This document shows, one piece after another, positions 51,061-64,000 of a stretch of 64,000 nucleotides of DNA. Location of the stretch: the NCBI GenBank assembly GCA_951406725.2, contig OX597828.1:18476001-18540000 (forward strand). The letters are read 5' to 3'. The position numbers and the translations under genes were made by a program. The notes beneath the pieces were generated by a model. That model was not told the origin of the DNA. It was given only the letters and a program-made list of their open reading frames with translations, and did not search any database. Origin of the DNA: Octopus vulgaris. Taxonomy: Eukaryota. Position 1 is the stretch's first letter. Every line of letters begins with the position of its first letter.

Positions 51061-52090
51061 CATGTCTGTCTGTGTGTCTGAGTGTGTAATTTTCGTATGT
51101 TGCATTTCCAGAATACAATGTGCGAAATAGTATAATAAATAAATAAAAATCCAAAAAACAAATAATTGTTATTTATTTTTCTTTTGTTTACAATTTTTGA
51201 GGGTTTTTTTTTTTGTATTGTCTTTATTTACTATATTTATTTATTTATTTATTTATTTACTATATTTATTTATTTTCCATTTAATCTCAGAACTAACTTC
51301 GTTTTCTTAGTTTAGAAATCGGTAAAGAATTTTTCGTACGTAGCAAAACAGGTTTGTCGGAATATTTTTGGTGTGGAACATTAAAACAGAAGAATACAAA
51401 GTAAATGGTAAATTAGTCTCGATCTTCAGACACGTTAAATATATTATTAAATAAAAACAAAACCTATATACAGATATATTCTTAGAAAAATACATACACA
51501 CACACACACACACACAAATACACACATATACATATATATATATGTGTGTGTGTATATATGTAAAAGACAATTTAAAAAAACACGCGCTCAAACACAGACT
51601 ATGCAAAGAGAAACAAGAATTGAAAAAAAAAGTCGAATAAGACATAAAAAAAAAATCACTGAAAATAAAACAATGGAAAAAAATAATGATAAAAATAATA
51701 AAAGTAATAACAACAATAATGAGACGAATTTGAACGCTTTGTAAGGAATTCTGATTATTTTCTATTTAAAATAACGTGAAAATTAATGACAATTTCAAAA
51801 ATCTAATTCAAAAATATGATGAAAAAAATTACTATTTTCAATATTGCTATTTAAGCTATAATTTGTGTTGTCTCCTCTATTCATTTTTTGTTATTTTCAG
51901 ATTTAGCTTTTGGCCATCATACAATTTACATGTGCAGTTGAATTTCGCTGATCGTGTTATTGTCAGAACATTCAGGTAATTTACATCGTAAAACATTGCA
52001 ATTTAACCTTCTGTAATGAGGTAAAATGCCAATTCATCCATGCTTAGGTGTATTGGTGTATGATGGATGTTGTTATTATATATATACATA

Positions 52091-52130
<40 letters not shown>

Positions 52131-52278
52131 CAGTATATGCACACAGATACATATACAAATATATATGTATATATACACATACGTACATACATGCATAATA
52201 CATACAGACATGTAAGACGAGAGAAAGATACACGTATGCATGTACACATATACGTGTACATGTGTGTGTACATACACG

Positions 52279-52316
<38 letters not shown>

Positions 52317-52515
52317 CATGGGTGTGTATTCATATATACAAACATATATAATATACATATGTACCTATATATCTCTATATACGAACATATATGCATATAT
52401 ATATATAAAGATATATACATATATATACATATAAAGATATATACATATATATATATATGTATATATATATATATGTTTATATATATATATATATGTGTAT
52501 ATATAAATATATATG

Positions 52516-52546
<31 letters not shown>

Positions 52547-53249
52547 GTACATGTACACACACACATTTATATATATATATATATAAATATATACACATAC
52601 ATTTGTACATGCATATGTGGATCGACTGTTACTCATTTATATGTGTCTATGCGTGTGTCTAGATGCATGTATACATGTATGTGTATATATTTATATATAT
52701 GCAGGTATGTATATATGTATGTATACACATATGCATACACACAAACACTCATCAAAAGATCTCTCTTCATCTATATATATACAAACAACGTATGAAAGCC
52801 TTTATAATGCAAAAATCATTGACAAAAAAAATGACCTCGACTCAAAGAACAGGTAAATCTTCAGAAAACAAGACAAAAATCTAAAGAACGGAACCGAGTG
52901 AACGAATGAACATATATATAAATACAAATATTGGGAAGCCGAAAACAAACCTCTAATTACAGAGTCATTAGGAAATTCTAAGGGAAAGCAATGCAAGGAA
53001 TTGTGGGTAAATGTCAGTTTAACATATAATCAAAAATGTGACCAAGATTTGCCCTTGGATAGAATTATCATTTGTAATTATAATCTGATATCTTCACATC
53101 TTCGGCTAAATAATATTGTGTGGTATTAAGCTGTTCATAGAGTAGTGGTGGTATATTTATGAGTGTGTGTCTGTGTTTGTGTATGTCTGTGATATATATA
53201 TATGCATATATACAAAAAATATACATATGAAATCATATCTGAAATTTCA

Positions 53250-53297
<48 letters not shown>

Positions 53298-53381
53298 CAT
53301 AATATATATATATATATACATACATACATACATACATACATAAACACACACACATACATACATATGTACATACATACATAC

Positions 53382-53412
<31 letters not shown>

Positions 53413-53419
53413 AAAATAT

Positions 53420-53537
<118 letters not shown>

Positions 53538-53593
53538 CATGTGTGTTTATATGTAATGCATGCATGTATATATATAGATACGTATGTGTATAT

Positions 53594-53980
53594 GCAGGCG
53601 TGGCTGTGTGGTAAGTAGTGTGCTTCCCAAACACATGGTTCCGGGTTCAGTCCTACTGCATGGCTCCTTGGGCAAGTGTCTTCTACTAGAGTCTCGGACC
53701 GGCCAAAGACTTGTGGCTGGATTTCGTAGATGAAAACTAAAAGAATCCGTCGTACGTTTATATTCATGTGTTTTCGTATCTGTGTCATCGCTTGACAACC
53801 GATGTTGGTGTATTTACGTCCCAGTAATTTAGCTGTTCGGCAAAAATGCCCCATAGAATAAGTACTAGGCTTACAAAGAATAAGTCATGAGGGCGATTTC
53901 TCCGACTAAAAAAACCCTTTAAGGTGGTGCTCCAGCATGGCCGCAGTCATATGACTGAAACAAGTAAAAGAATAAAAGAA
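53594..53980 (+). mobile_element. SINE family C, full length
   Basis: GCAGGCGTGGCTGTGTGGTAAG..CCTTGGGCAAGTGTCTT..GACTGAAACAAGTAAAAGAA. Confidence 0.88.
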
Positions 53981-54064
53981 TTTATATACGTATATATATG
54001 CATTCATTCATTCATTCACACATATTTGTGTATATATACATGCATAGATATGAATGTCGGTACG

Positions 54065-54270
54065 TCGCAGGAGAGCTGCAAGATGCAGGAGGAAAGAGTG
54101 AGAGAAAGTTGTGGCGAAAGAGTCAGCAGAAGTTTGCCATTACCTTCTGCCGGAGCCGCGTGGAGCTCAGGTGTTTCGCTCATAAACACACACACCGCCC
54201 GTCTGAGATTCGACCCCGCGATCCCTCGACCGCGATTCCGCTGCTCTAACCACTAAGCCATGTGCCTCCA
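54065..54270 (-). mobile_element. SINE family R-related copy
   Basis: Minus head TGGAGGCACATGGCTTAGTGGTTAGAGCAGCGGAATCGCGGTC. Confidence 0.75.
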
Positions 54271-54812
54271 GATATATAGACATATACATATATAATAAAT
54301 GCGAAAACTAATTTGTGTGTCAATGTGTCACACTTAGATCCCTCTCTCCCACCCTTCAACGACATTCCTATTATTCCTCATGATGGGGTGAGAGTAATAG
54401 TAGGCATAGAGGCGGTGAGGGCGGTGCTGAAGACAGAGAGAGTGAAAGAAAAAGAGAGGGAGAGAAAGAGAGACAAAGAAATTTACGTAGAGTTGATGAA
54501 TGTTTTATTAAAAGTAGTAGTGTTGATGGTAGCAGTGTGAGTAATAATAAAAGGGAGAGAAACAGTGGGTGTTTGAGAGAAAGAAGGAGATGATGTACAA
54601 CTTGGTTTAACCATGTCTCTTTGATAGAAATTCCTGTCGCCAACATACTGAACACTATTATTTTTGTTGGGTTTTTTTTTGCTTTCTTTAATACATACAC
54701 ACACACATATATATATAATACATTTTAATTGAAATAAAGTTTTCTAAAAATTAAACATATCTAATATAATATATGTGAATGTCAGAGTGTCACAGTTTTT
54801 CAGCTTTAATAA

Positions 54813-54940
54813 ATCCTTTCTAGTAGAACAAGGCCTCAAATTTGGGGGGAATGGAATAAATCGATTACATCGACCCCAGTACGTAACGGGTACTGATTTT
54901 ATCGATCTCGAAAGGAAGAAAGGCAAAGTCGACATCAGCG
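54813..54940 (-). mobile_element. SINE family M, 3' half
   Basis: GATTACATCGACCCCAGT..AAAGGCAAAGTCGAC. Confidence 0.75.
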
Positions 54941-55203
54941 ACCATATACCATGGGCGCATGTAAGTATTTCATTTATTTCTTATCGTATTTTCTACTGAG
55001 GAGGAAAAAAATGTATGAGATTAGTTCCGAAATTAATTCAATATAGAAATAACGAACTTTTTTTTTTCATTTTGCTGACTAGCTTCCCGATTTCAGAACA
55101 ACGTATTTCTGTAGTGGGTATATAATATGAGGAAACTGACGATTTAAAAGTCTGTTATCAGCATATTGGCATAGAAATAATTTACTTTTGGCCTTATTTA
55201 TAA

Positions 55204-55266
<63 letters not shown>

Positions 55267-56446
55267 CTGCTTACTTCTATATGTATATTGCATAGCTTTT
55301 TTGTTTATATAATATATATGCATAAAATGCTTGGGTTGCAGTGAGGAGGGGCTGGGCAGGATGGCTTGCCTCGCTCTCTCAATGCTGAATTCTTGTATGA
55401 CTGGAGTATATCAGAGATATATAAAATTATATATATATATACATATGTAAAAATATGTATATTTATTATGTACTCACACACAAACACACAAACACACACA
55501 CATATATATATATATGCTACGTTCACCTCTCGGACACAGCGATGTCTTGATACCGGAGTATTCTTTTGCTAATTTTCTTATGGTCTAATGTAGTCGCTAA
55601 ATGACTTCCACACCGAGTTGGACCTCCCATCCTTCATCCCGTAAACCTTCTCGGATTTGACAGTTAGATGGAAAATAGGCTTTATCAGCGCTCACAGCAC
55701 TCAGATGAATAAGGCTCAATGAACTGAGTCCTTGAGCTAGAAGCATCGCAAAATATTTCTGTAAATGATTTGATAAACAGTTTCCGGAGAGCCATAGCTA
55801 TCATAAGATTTTTGATAGTAATAATATTACTTCCAGTTTTAGTTCTATATAATATTTTATTACAGTGAGAAGACATCAACAGAAGTGATACTGAATGGCT
55901 GCTTCTGCACAATTCTTTCTTTATTTTAACTATATTTTAATCTTCTCTTAAGTATTTTATACTTCTCTTACCTAATTGAGAGTTTCTGAAATATTTTACA
56001 GCTGATGAGTTTTGCTTGTAAAGATTATGAGTGGTTGGATAGAAGTATATATACATATATAATTGACTGTAACTTATTTTTAAGACAAGATTTAATTCTC
56101 ATATAAATACCTTCAGAAATCTTGAAATAACTAAGACTCATTTAACGAGATAATCTCTAATTTAATAGATATACTATATTTATTCATTAGGATGGTTCTA
56201 TAAAATACCATTGACCCAAGATAAGACAAGTAAAAGTAAAATATTCCTATACTAAACGTTTGAGGAGAACTATCGTATTTTTGTTGCTGACATCAAGATG
56301 TATTGGTACATTTTTTTTACCGTCATATGGTTACACGCTCAGAGATGCATATCAAAAGGTTTGATGCCTTTCGTATTCCACGGTATGAGTATTTCATTTC
56401 CATTTTTACTTGAGGCCCGACAATACATTCATATATATATATATAT

Positions 56447-56668
56447 ATTCTTTTATTCTTTTATTCTTTTACTTGTTTCAGTCATTTGACTGCGGCCATG
56501 CTGGGGATCCACCTTTAGTCGAGAAAATCTACACCAGGACTAGTACTTATTCTATCGGGCTCTTTTTTGCCGAACCGCTAAGTTACGGGGACGTAAACAC
56601 ACCAGCATCGGTTGCCAAGCGAGTGTGGTGGGGGACAAACACAGACACACAAACATATACATATATGC

Positions 56669-56716
<48 letters not shown>

Positions 56717-56862
56717 ATGTATATGCAACGGGCTTCTTTCAGATTCTGTTGGTTTGGTCGGCCCGAGGCTATAGTAAAAGACACTTGTCCAAGGTACCAC
56801 GCAGTTGGACTGAACCCGGGACCATGTGGTTATTAACCTAGTTACTTACCACACAGCCACTC

Positions 56863-56866
<4 letters not shown>
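56447..56866 (-). mobile_element. SINE family C, full length
   Basis: Reverse-complement match from tail to head CCACACAGCCACTCCTG. Confidence 0.88.
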
Positions 56867-56939
<73 letters not shown>

Positions 56940-57264
56940 TATACATACGTATATAGAGAGTCTGTATATGTGTGTGGTGTATGAGTAGGTGTGAGTGTAT
57001 GTAAGTACGTATACTTGTGTGACTTCTTAATTATAACTATTTCTCGATTATGACAAATTCAAACTACCAAAATGCAAGATAGATTTGAATATGATATCAA
57101 GTTACTACAAATCCACTTCTTTAATTAAATGTTATATAACTTACACTAAATGACACATGAAATAAATAACGGCACTCTTATTCAATTATATATTTTTGCC
57201 ATGGCCATCACTTTAGATTTCCAGTAGACATGTGTATAAATAATATGCATTTATGTCTTTGTTT

Positions 57265-57346
<82 letters not shown>

Positions 57347-57360
57347 TGTATGTATGTATG

Positions 57361-57391
<31 letters not shown>

Positions 57392-58230
57392 ATGTATATA
57401 CCATTGGGTTGATCCTTCCTTAATGCCGGGTCCATGGAAGAAGGATTATTTGGAACGTAAGAAAGCAATTCACGTGTAATATGCCTTTTTCTGACACCCT
57501 AAATTCTATAAAGTCTGCTGAGGTGCTTTCACCGGGTACAGCCTTAGCTGTTAAACCAGGGTATAATATACGCCAACCACTTTTCAGTGTGGATGTCTCT
57601 ACAGGCTACTAACCATTTGTAAAGCAATAAAACATTATATCTCCCATATTAAATTATTTAAATAAATTCCAATGCTAGTCTGCTAGAGTTAACGGCACAT
57701 AGAAGTCGCCTGATATTCTAGGAGAAATAACTTGGATATATGAGAATATAATATGTGATTTGTCCAACGGAATGAGATAATTGGTCGCAGCGTTTTAGGC
57801 GGTTGTTTTGGCACGGTTGACTGCGCCTAATTCAACTTGTTTCGGCGACATTTTACTAGTGTAAACTTACACACACGTACATACACACACATACACCGCA
57901 CGCCCAAAAGTGGAAGCATGTATATAGCGAAAATAAGAGAGAAAAAGAAAGGGAGACACTACACATATATGCAAATATACTTAAGTGTTCACGCACATAC
58001 ACAGAGAGGGGTGGAGAGAGAGAGAGAACGAGATAATTATTCGAACGTCTAATGTCAAATAAGTGAGCGTCGAAACGGCGAAGCCAGATAAACAGCGCCA
58101 GAACGTCTCATTCCCTTGTCGTCCACAGCTTGAATTAGTGACACACAATGGAGTGTTCGATATCAAGATCATGATTATTTGCCTATCTAAAGACCAGTTG
58201 TATAAATGTAAGCTTAGGTCCCGCCAAAGA

Positions 58231-58848
58231 GCGGCAGACGAAATACCTATTTCTTTACTACCAACAAGGGGCTAAACACAGAGAAGACAAACACGGACTG
58301 ACAAACGGATTAAGTCGATTACATCGACCCCAGTGAGTAACTGATACTTATTTAATAGACCCCGAAAGGATGAAAAGCAAACTCGACCTCGGCAGAATTT
58401 GAACTCAGAACGTAAGGGCAGACAAAATACCTATTTCTTTACTATCCACAAGGGGCTAAACACAGAGGAGACAAACAAGGACAGACAAAGCGATTAAGTC
58501 GATTACATCGACCCCAGTGCGTAACTGGTACTTATTTTATCGACCCCGAAAGGATGAAAGGCAAAGTCGACCTCGGCGGAATTTGAACTCAGAACGTAGC
58601 AGCAGACGAAATACCTATTTCTTTACTACCCACAAGGGGCTACACACAGAGGGAACAAACAAGGACAGACAGACGGATTAAGTCGATTACATCGACCCCA
58701 GTGCGTAACTGGTACTTAATTTATCGACCCCGAAAGGATGAAAGGCAAAGTCGACCTCGGCGGAATTTGAACTCAGCATGTAGCGGCCGACGAAATACCG
58801 CTAAGCATTTCGCCCGTCGTGCTAACGTTTCTGCCAGCAAGCCGCCTC
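58231..58848 (-). mobile_element. SINE family M, one head, three tandem bodies and the start of a fourth
   Basis: GCAGACGAAATACCTATTTCTTTACTA junction recurs near 58234, 58418 and 58602. Confidence 0.88.
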
Positions 58849-58850
58849 AA

Positions 58851-59075
<225 letters not shown>

Positions 59076-59285
59076 TCCTTTCTGCTATAGGCACGAGGCC
59101 TGAAATTTGTAGGCAGATGACTAGTCGAATACTTCAACCCTAGTGTTTCATGGTACTTAATATATCGATCCCGACGGGATGAAATGTAAAGTCGACCTCG
59201 GCGGAATTTGGACTCAGACCGTGGAGATATAAGTTGTACCGCTAAGCATTTTGCCCGGCATGCTACCGATCCTACTAGCTCTCTG
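59076..59285 (-). mobile_element. SINE family M
   Basis: AAAGTCGACCTCGGCGGAATTTGGACTCAG..CGCTAAGCATTTTGCCCGGC. Confidence 0.8.
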
Positions 59286-59287
59286 TC

Positions 59288-59399
<112 letters not shown>

Positions 59400-59430
59400 G
59401 TTATTATTATTGTTATTATTATTATTATTA

Positions 59431-59475
<45 letters not shown>

Positions 59476-59476
<1 letters not shown>

Positions 59477-59645
59477 GGTTTCAAATTTTGCCACAAAGGC
59501 AGCAGTTTTGGGAAAGGGGATGAGTAGATTACATCGACCCCAGTGTCTAACTGGTACTTGTTTCATCGATCACGAATGTATGAAAGGCAAAGTCGACATC
59601 GGTGGTATTTGAACTCAGAACGTAATTCTGCCAATTCACCGCCTT
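59476..59645 (-). mobile_element. SINE family M, internally deleted
   Basis: GGTTTCAAATTTTGCCACAAAG..TGAAAGGCAAAGTCGAC..CACCGCCTT. Confidence 0.75.
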
Positions 59646-60089
59646 AATAATAATAAACATAATAATTGAGAAGCAAGCAGTTTCGTCGTATTTGCGATTT
59701 CGTACTAAAATCTGATGCTACAAACAGTGTCAAAAACAAACAAAAATTGCCCTGCGGATTGGTATTTTCAACCAAGATATATGTCCTGATAAGTTGCATA
59801 AGCGATAATCTATCTACAATATTTTATATGTATATGTGTGTGGAAGGGTGCATGTGTGTGTGTTTGTCTATACAAACCATTTAATGTACACTGTGTTAAG
59901 ACTTATGATAGTTTCTAGCCATTAGGATACGTGGTTGGGCAGCTTATCAAAAAATGATCAATCAATTAACCGGCAGACTTATTTTTAATATAACCATTGG
60001 TGATTGTAACAGTATTAATTCCAAAATTTGTTACATTGTTTCTCTTGCGGTATGAGAAGTTTCCCCATTTTGCTGGAACCATGTGTGAG

Positions 60090-60482
60090 GTCTACTTTAA
60101 ATGGTCTCCACGTTTCCCAGACTTGACTAGCCCGGATATTTTCTTGTGGGGATACCTGAAAGAGTGGGTTTACATCAACAAACCGGAGACACTGGTGCAA
60201 CTGAAGGAGAATATCAGTAGAGAAATCAGAGAAGTGGGGTCTGAAACTCTTGAAGGTGTTAGGGTGCAAGTTTTGGGAAGAGCACGAGCGTACGAAGTCA
60301 AAAATGGCTGCCATTAAAGCGATGTCATATTTCATATGTGATATGGTGGTGCTACAAAACTTGACTCGTACATATCAATTTCCATTGTATCCTTTATATT
60401 GTATCAAAATTTCATGCATTTATTTGTAAAGTTAAAGACGTTATTAAAAATTGTATCCCTTCGGTGACTTTTGAGACACCTG
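60090..60482 (+). mobile_element. Tc1/mariner-superfamily transposon 3' fragment (transposase C-terminus and right TIR)
   Basis: WSPRFPDLTSPDIFLWGYLKEWVYINKPETLVQLKENISREI..GCH resembles WPPRSPDLTPxDFFLWGYLK; end GTGACTTTTGAGACACCTG followed by TA. Confidence 0.8.
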
Positions 60483-61919
60483 TATATATTCTTTTTATTC
60501 TTTTATTTGTTTCAGTCATCTGATTGCGGCCTTGCTGGAGCACCGCATATATATATATATATATACATATGTATGCATAAATACAGATATAGATATATAC
60601 ATATACATACATATGTATATATATATATATATCATGTACACACTCATAAACACACACACACACCCGCACACACAAGCACACTCACGCATATTCTATATTT
60701 TCTATAGATCTTCTGTACATATATATATATATATATATATATACCCATATGTTCACAAACATGTATGTGCATGCAAACATACGCGCATACACAGTCCTCA
60801 TACACACATACACATACACACAGTCCTCACACACGCACACACACACAAACTCATGCGCATACACACACGCGCACACAAACACAGAAACACTCTTAAATGT
60901 AGCGTTCTTGATTGACATATTACCGCCATCCCACAGGGGTAATCTTTGATAGACAAGAAAATATTAACTGTCTCGTATTTCCAGTTGATTGAAAATACGA
61001 TAAAGTTGTCTCTCTGTTCGGCGCAGTAGAAATAACACTAAGAGATCTATACTATCGCTGCTAAAGTTACAGCGATATGAAGATAACTTCGTTGGCTGGG
61101 TTTCTGAAAATATCTCATCCTCTTCTCAAACAGGCGAATGAATGAACGGTAACGATTTGACTTTATCTAGAGATCTAGTGTTGTTTAACGTGGGACAGAC
61201 GGAAGAGAGTCGAGGTCGATTAAATGTTTTAAAGTAGTTATTTCTGTGTCTTAAGGTTACACAGATTCGTTAGAATAGGTATTAGGAGTCGAGAATTAAA
61301 TTACGATAATGACAACTATTTTCAGAAAATGTACAGTATTTTACGAAGATTTAAATCTAGAGGATTAGCACAAGAAAAACAGTAGAAAATAGAGCAGCAT
61401 AACAGAGGGAGATAACTGCACAATTACACGTTGGTTTTTGCGGCAAGATAATGGCAGAAACTTTTAAAGCTGGACGCTCAGCCTACTAGAAACCGCAGTC
61501 ATATCTCGCTCGAATCACACGTCTTCATTTTTAGAAAAGAAGTTTATGTTAGTGAATACGACTCTTGAGTACATTGTAACTGAAGAAGAAAAAGTGAAAA
61601 TGTTCACAGCTGGGAAGCTTTTAATCATAGGTCTGCTTGATTAAAACCAGCCTGGGGCTAAATATCGACGACAACTGCAAACATTAAAACAATGCTAAGC
61701 GGGTTCGTTAGTGAAGTTCAATCGTCAGTAAGAATGTGTACGAATGGTGCAAACTTCTGTGTTTTTCACGCGTGTTTATGCTTCATATACAGTAATGTTT
61801 AGACGTAGGGGTTGGCACAGGCAGAACAGCAGACATCATTGTGTGACAGACGATAAAGGGCAGACAACTGTACGCTCAAACGTTTTGCTTGATTTAATAT
61901 ATTCATAGCAAATATCTCT

Positions 61920-62850
<931 letters not shown>

Positions 62851-63084
62851 AGATATTCAAAAATAGAAATGGCGGGCTTTCTCATAGATTTCCATACAAT
62901 ACATTTGCCCAACAACGGAATTGGAAATGGCATATCTGTAAGACTAAGGAGATATACCTAATGTTCGACATTTCTAATGTTCAACAAACGCGCTTGTGTT
63001 TTTGTTTTGCTTTTTCTCACACGTTTCTGTAACTATTTCACCGATGTACACACTCACATGCAAACATACGCACACACTTATATT

Positions 63085-63255
63085 TGTTTCTTTATTGCCC
63101 TCAAGGGGCTAAACATAGAGTGGACAAACAAAGGGATGAAGTCGATTAGATCGACCTCAGAGTGCAAATGGCACTTATTTAATCGACCCCGAAAGGATGG
63201 AAGCAAAGTCGACCTTGGCGGAATTTGAACTCAGAACGTAACGGCAGACAAAATA
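63085..63255 (-). mobile_element. SINE family M body
   Basis: CAAGGGGCTAAACATAGAG..GCAAAGTCGACCTTGGCGGAATTTGAACTCAGAACG. Confidence 0.8.
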
Positions 63256-63384
63256 ACACATACACTTACATTGATTACTGAATCCAATGTTTATTTTTAT
63301 GTGCGTGTGTGTGTGTATTTATGTATATATATACACATATACACATATGTATATATATATATATACGTGTATATATATATATAT

Positions 63385-63558
63385 ATATATAATATTAATT
63401 CGAGACAAAACCACTATTTTGCAAATCAAACAAGGAAAGACATGAAACAATTGTAGTGGCGATTTATTTACTTTATATTAAAATTTTTTATGTATTGATT
63501 AAGTCTTTCCTTGTTTGATTTGCAAATTAGTGGTTTTGTCTCGAATTAATATTATATA
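63385..63558. repeat. Fold-back inverted repeat (about 56-bp arms, about 61-bp spacer) between (TA)n tracts
   Basis: 63385-63441 pairs with 63503-63558, one mismatch. Confidence 0.9.
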
Positions 63559-63654
63559 ATATTTTACTATAAAATTGGATTTAATCCTACATCTGATTTT
63601 TTCCCTGTAATTTTGGATTTATTCCCTAATATTTATTATTATTATATATATATA

Positions 63655-63717
<63 letters not shown>

Positions 63718-64000
63718 GTGTATGTATACATGTGTATGTATATATGTATGTGTGTGTATGCACATATATATGTGTGTAGATGTGTGTGTGTGTATAGATT
63801 TGCTAGTCAAACTTTTTAATGACACATTCACGCATGCGCTCATATCCTAAGTTTTGCTCATATGATAGATGTCTTCAATTATGCTGGTTGTTATTGTTGT
63901 TGTTACTGTTGGTGCCGCCGTTGGTTCAACTTTATTTTAGTTCTCATTAAACTCACATATCATTGGCCTGGTTCCAACTGTCTCTCTCCCTGACACGTTT

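Noticed and set aside
55700-56075. Degenerate hammerhead-like strings (CAGATGA..CCTTGAGC; CTGATGA..GAAG with TTACAG/CTGTAA)
   Set aside because: GAAA is absent and the stems are ambiguous; needs a family consensus.
57510-57640. CTGCTGA-GG-TGCTTT..AAAGCA-AT-AAAAC long-stem hammerhead candidate
   Set aside because: Two core mismatches and no clear NUH or stem I; possibly a decayed copy but unsupported.

Overview
This is AT-rich, repeat-saturated eukaryotic DNA with no host protein-coding gene I can support. The SINE and microsatellite repertoire suggests a coleoid cephalopod, probably Octopus (inference). Nearly all listed ORFs are artefacts of (TA)n, (TG)n, (AAT)n and similar tracts. Real coding remnants are a 5'-truncated R4/Dong-clade LINE (31290-33445, RT + CCHC + RLE endonuclease, two in-frame stops), a second R4 3' fragment (1468-2005) and a Tc1/mariner transposase C-terminus (about 60100-60317). 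The rest is at least four tRNA-type SINE families, an RTE-derived non-autonomous element, several MITEs and an about 555-bp non-coding element that always sits in (AAT)n. The main observation is a dense set of hammerhead ribozyme (HHR) motifs: about 14 intact or degenerate copies from 6-7 sequence families. Most lie in short elements flanked by (TA)n, and several show the fold-back ends typical of Penelope-like insertions. The best case is a 357-bp tandem array (13274-14435). Each unit carries a full-length type I HHR with a Schistosoma-like loop II (CAAAUA) and stem I bulge, making it a candidate circular-RNA-producing retrozyme. A second family joins a tRNA-like Pol III head, an (AAY)n tract and a minimal HHR. 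All alignments and foldings were done by eye; ribozyme activity and novelty are untested.
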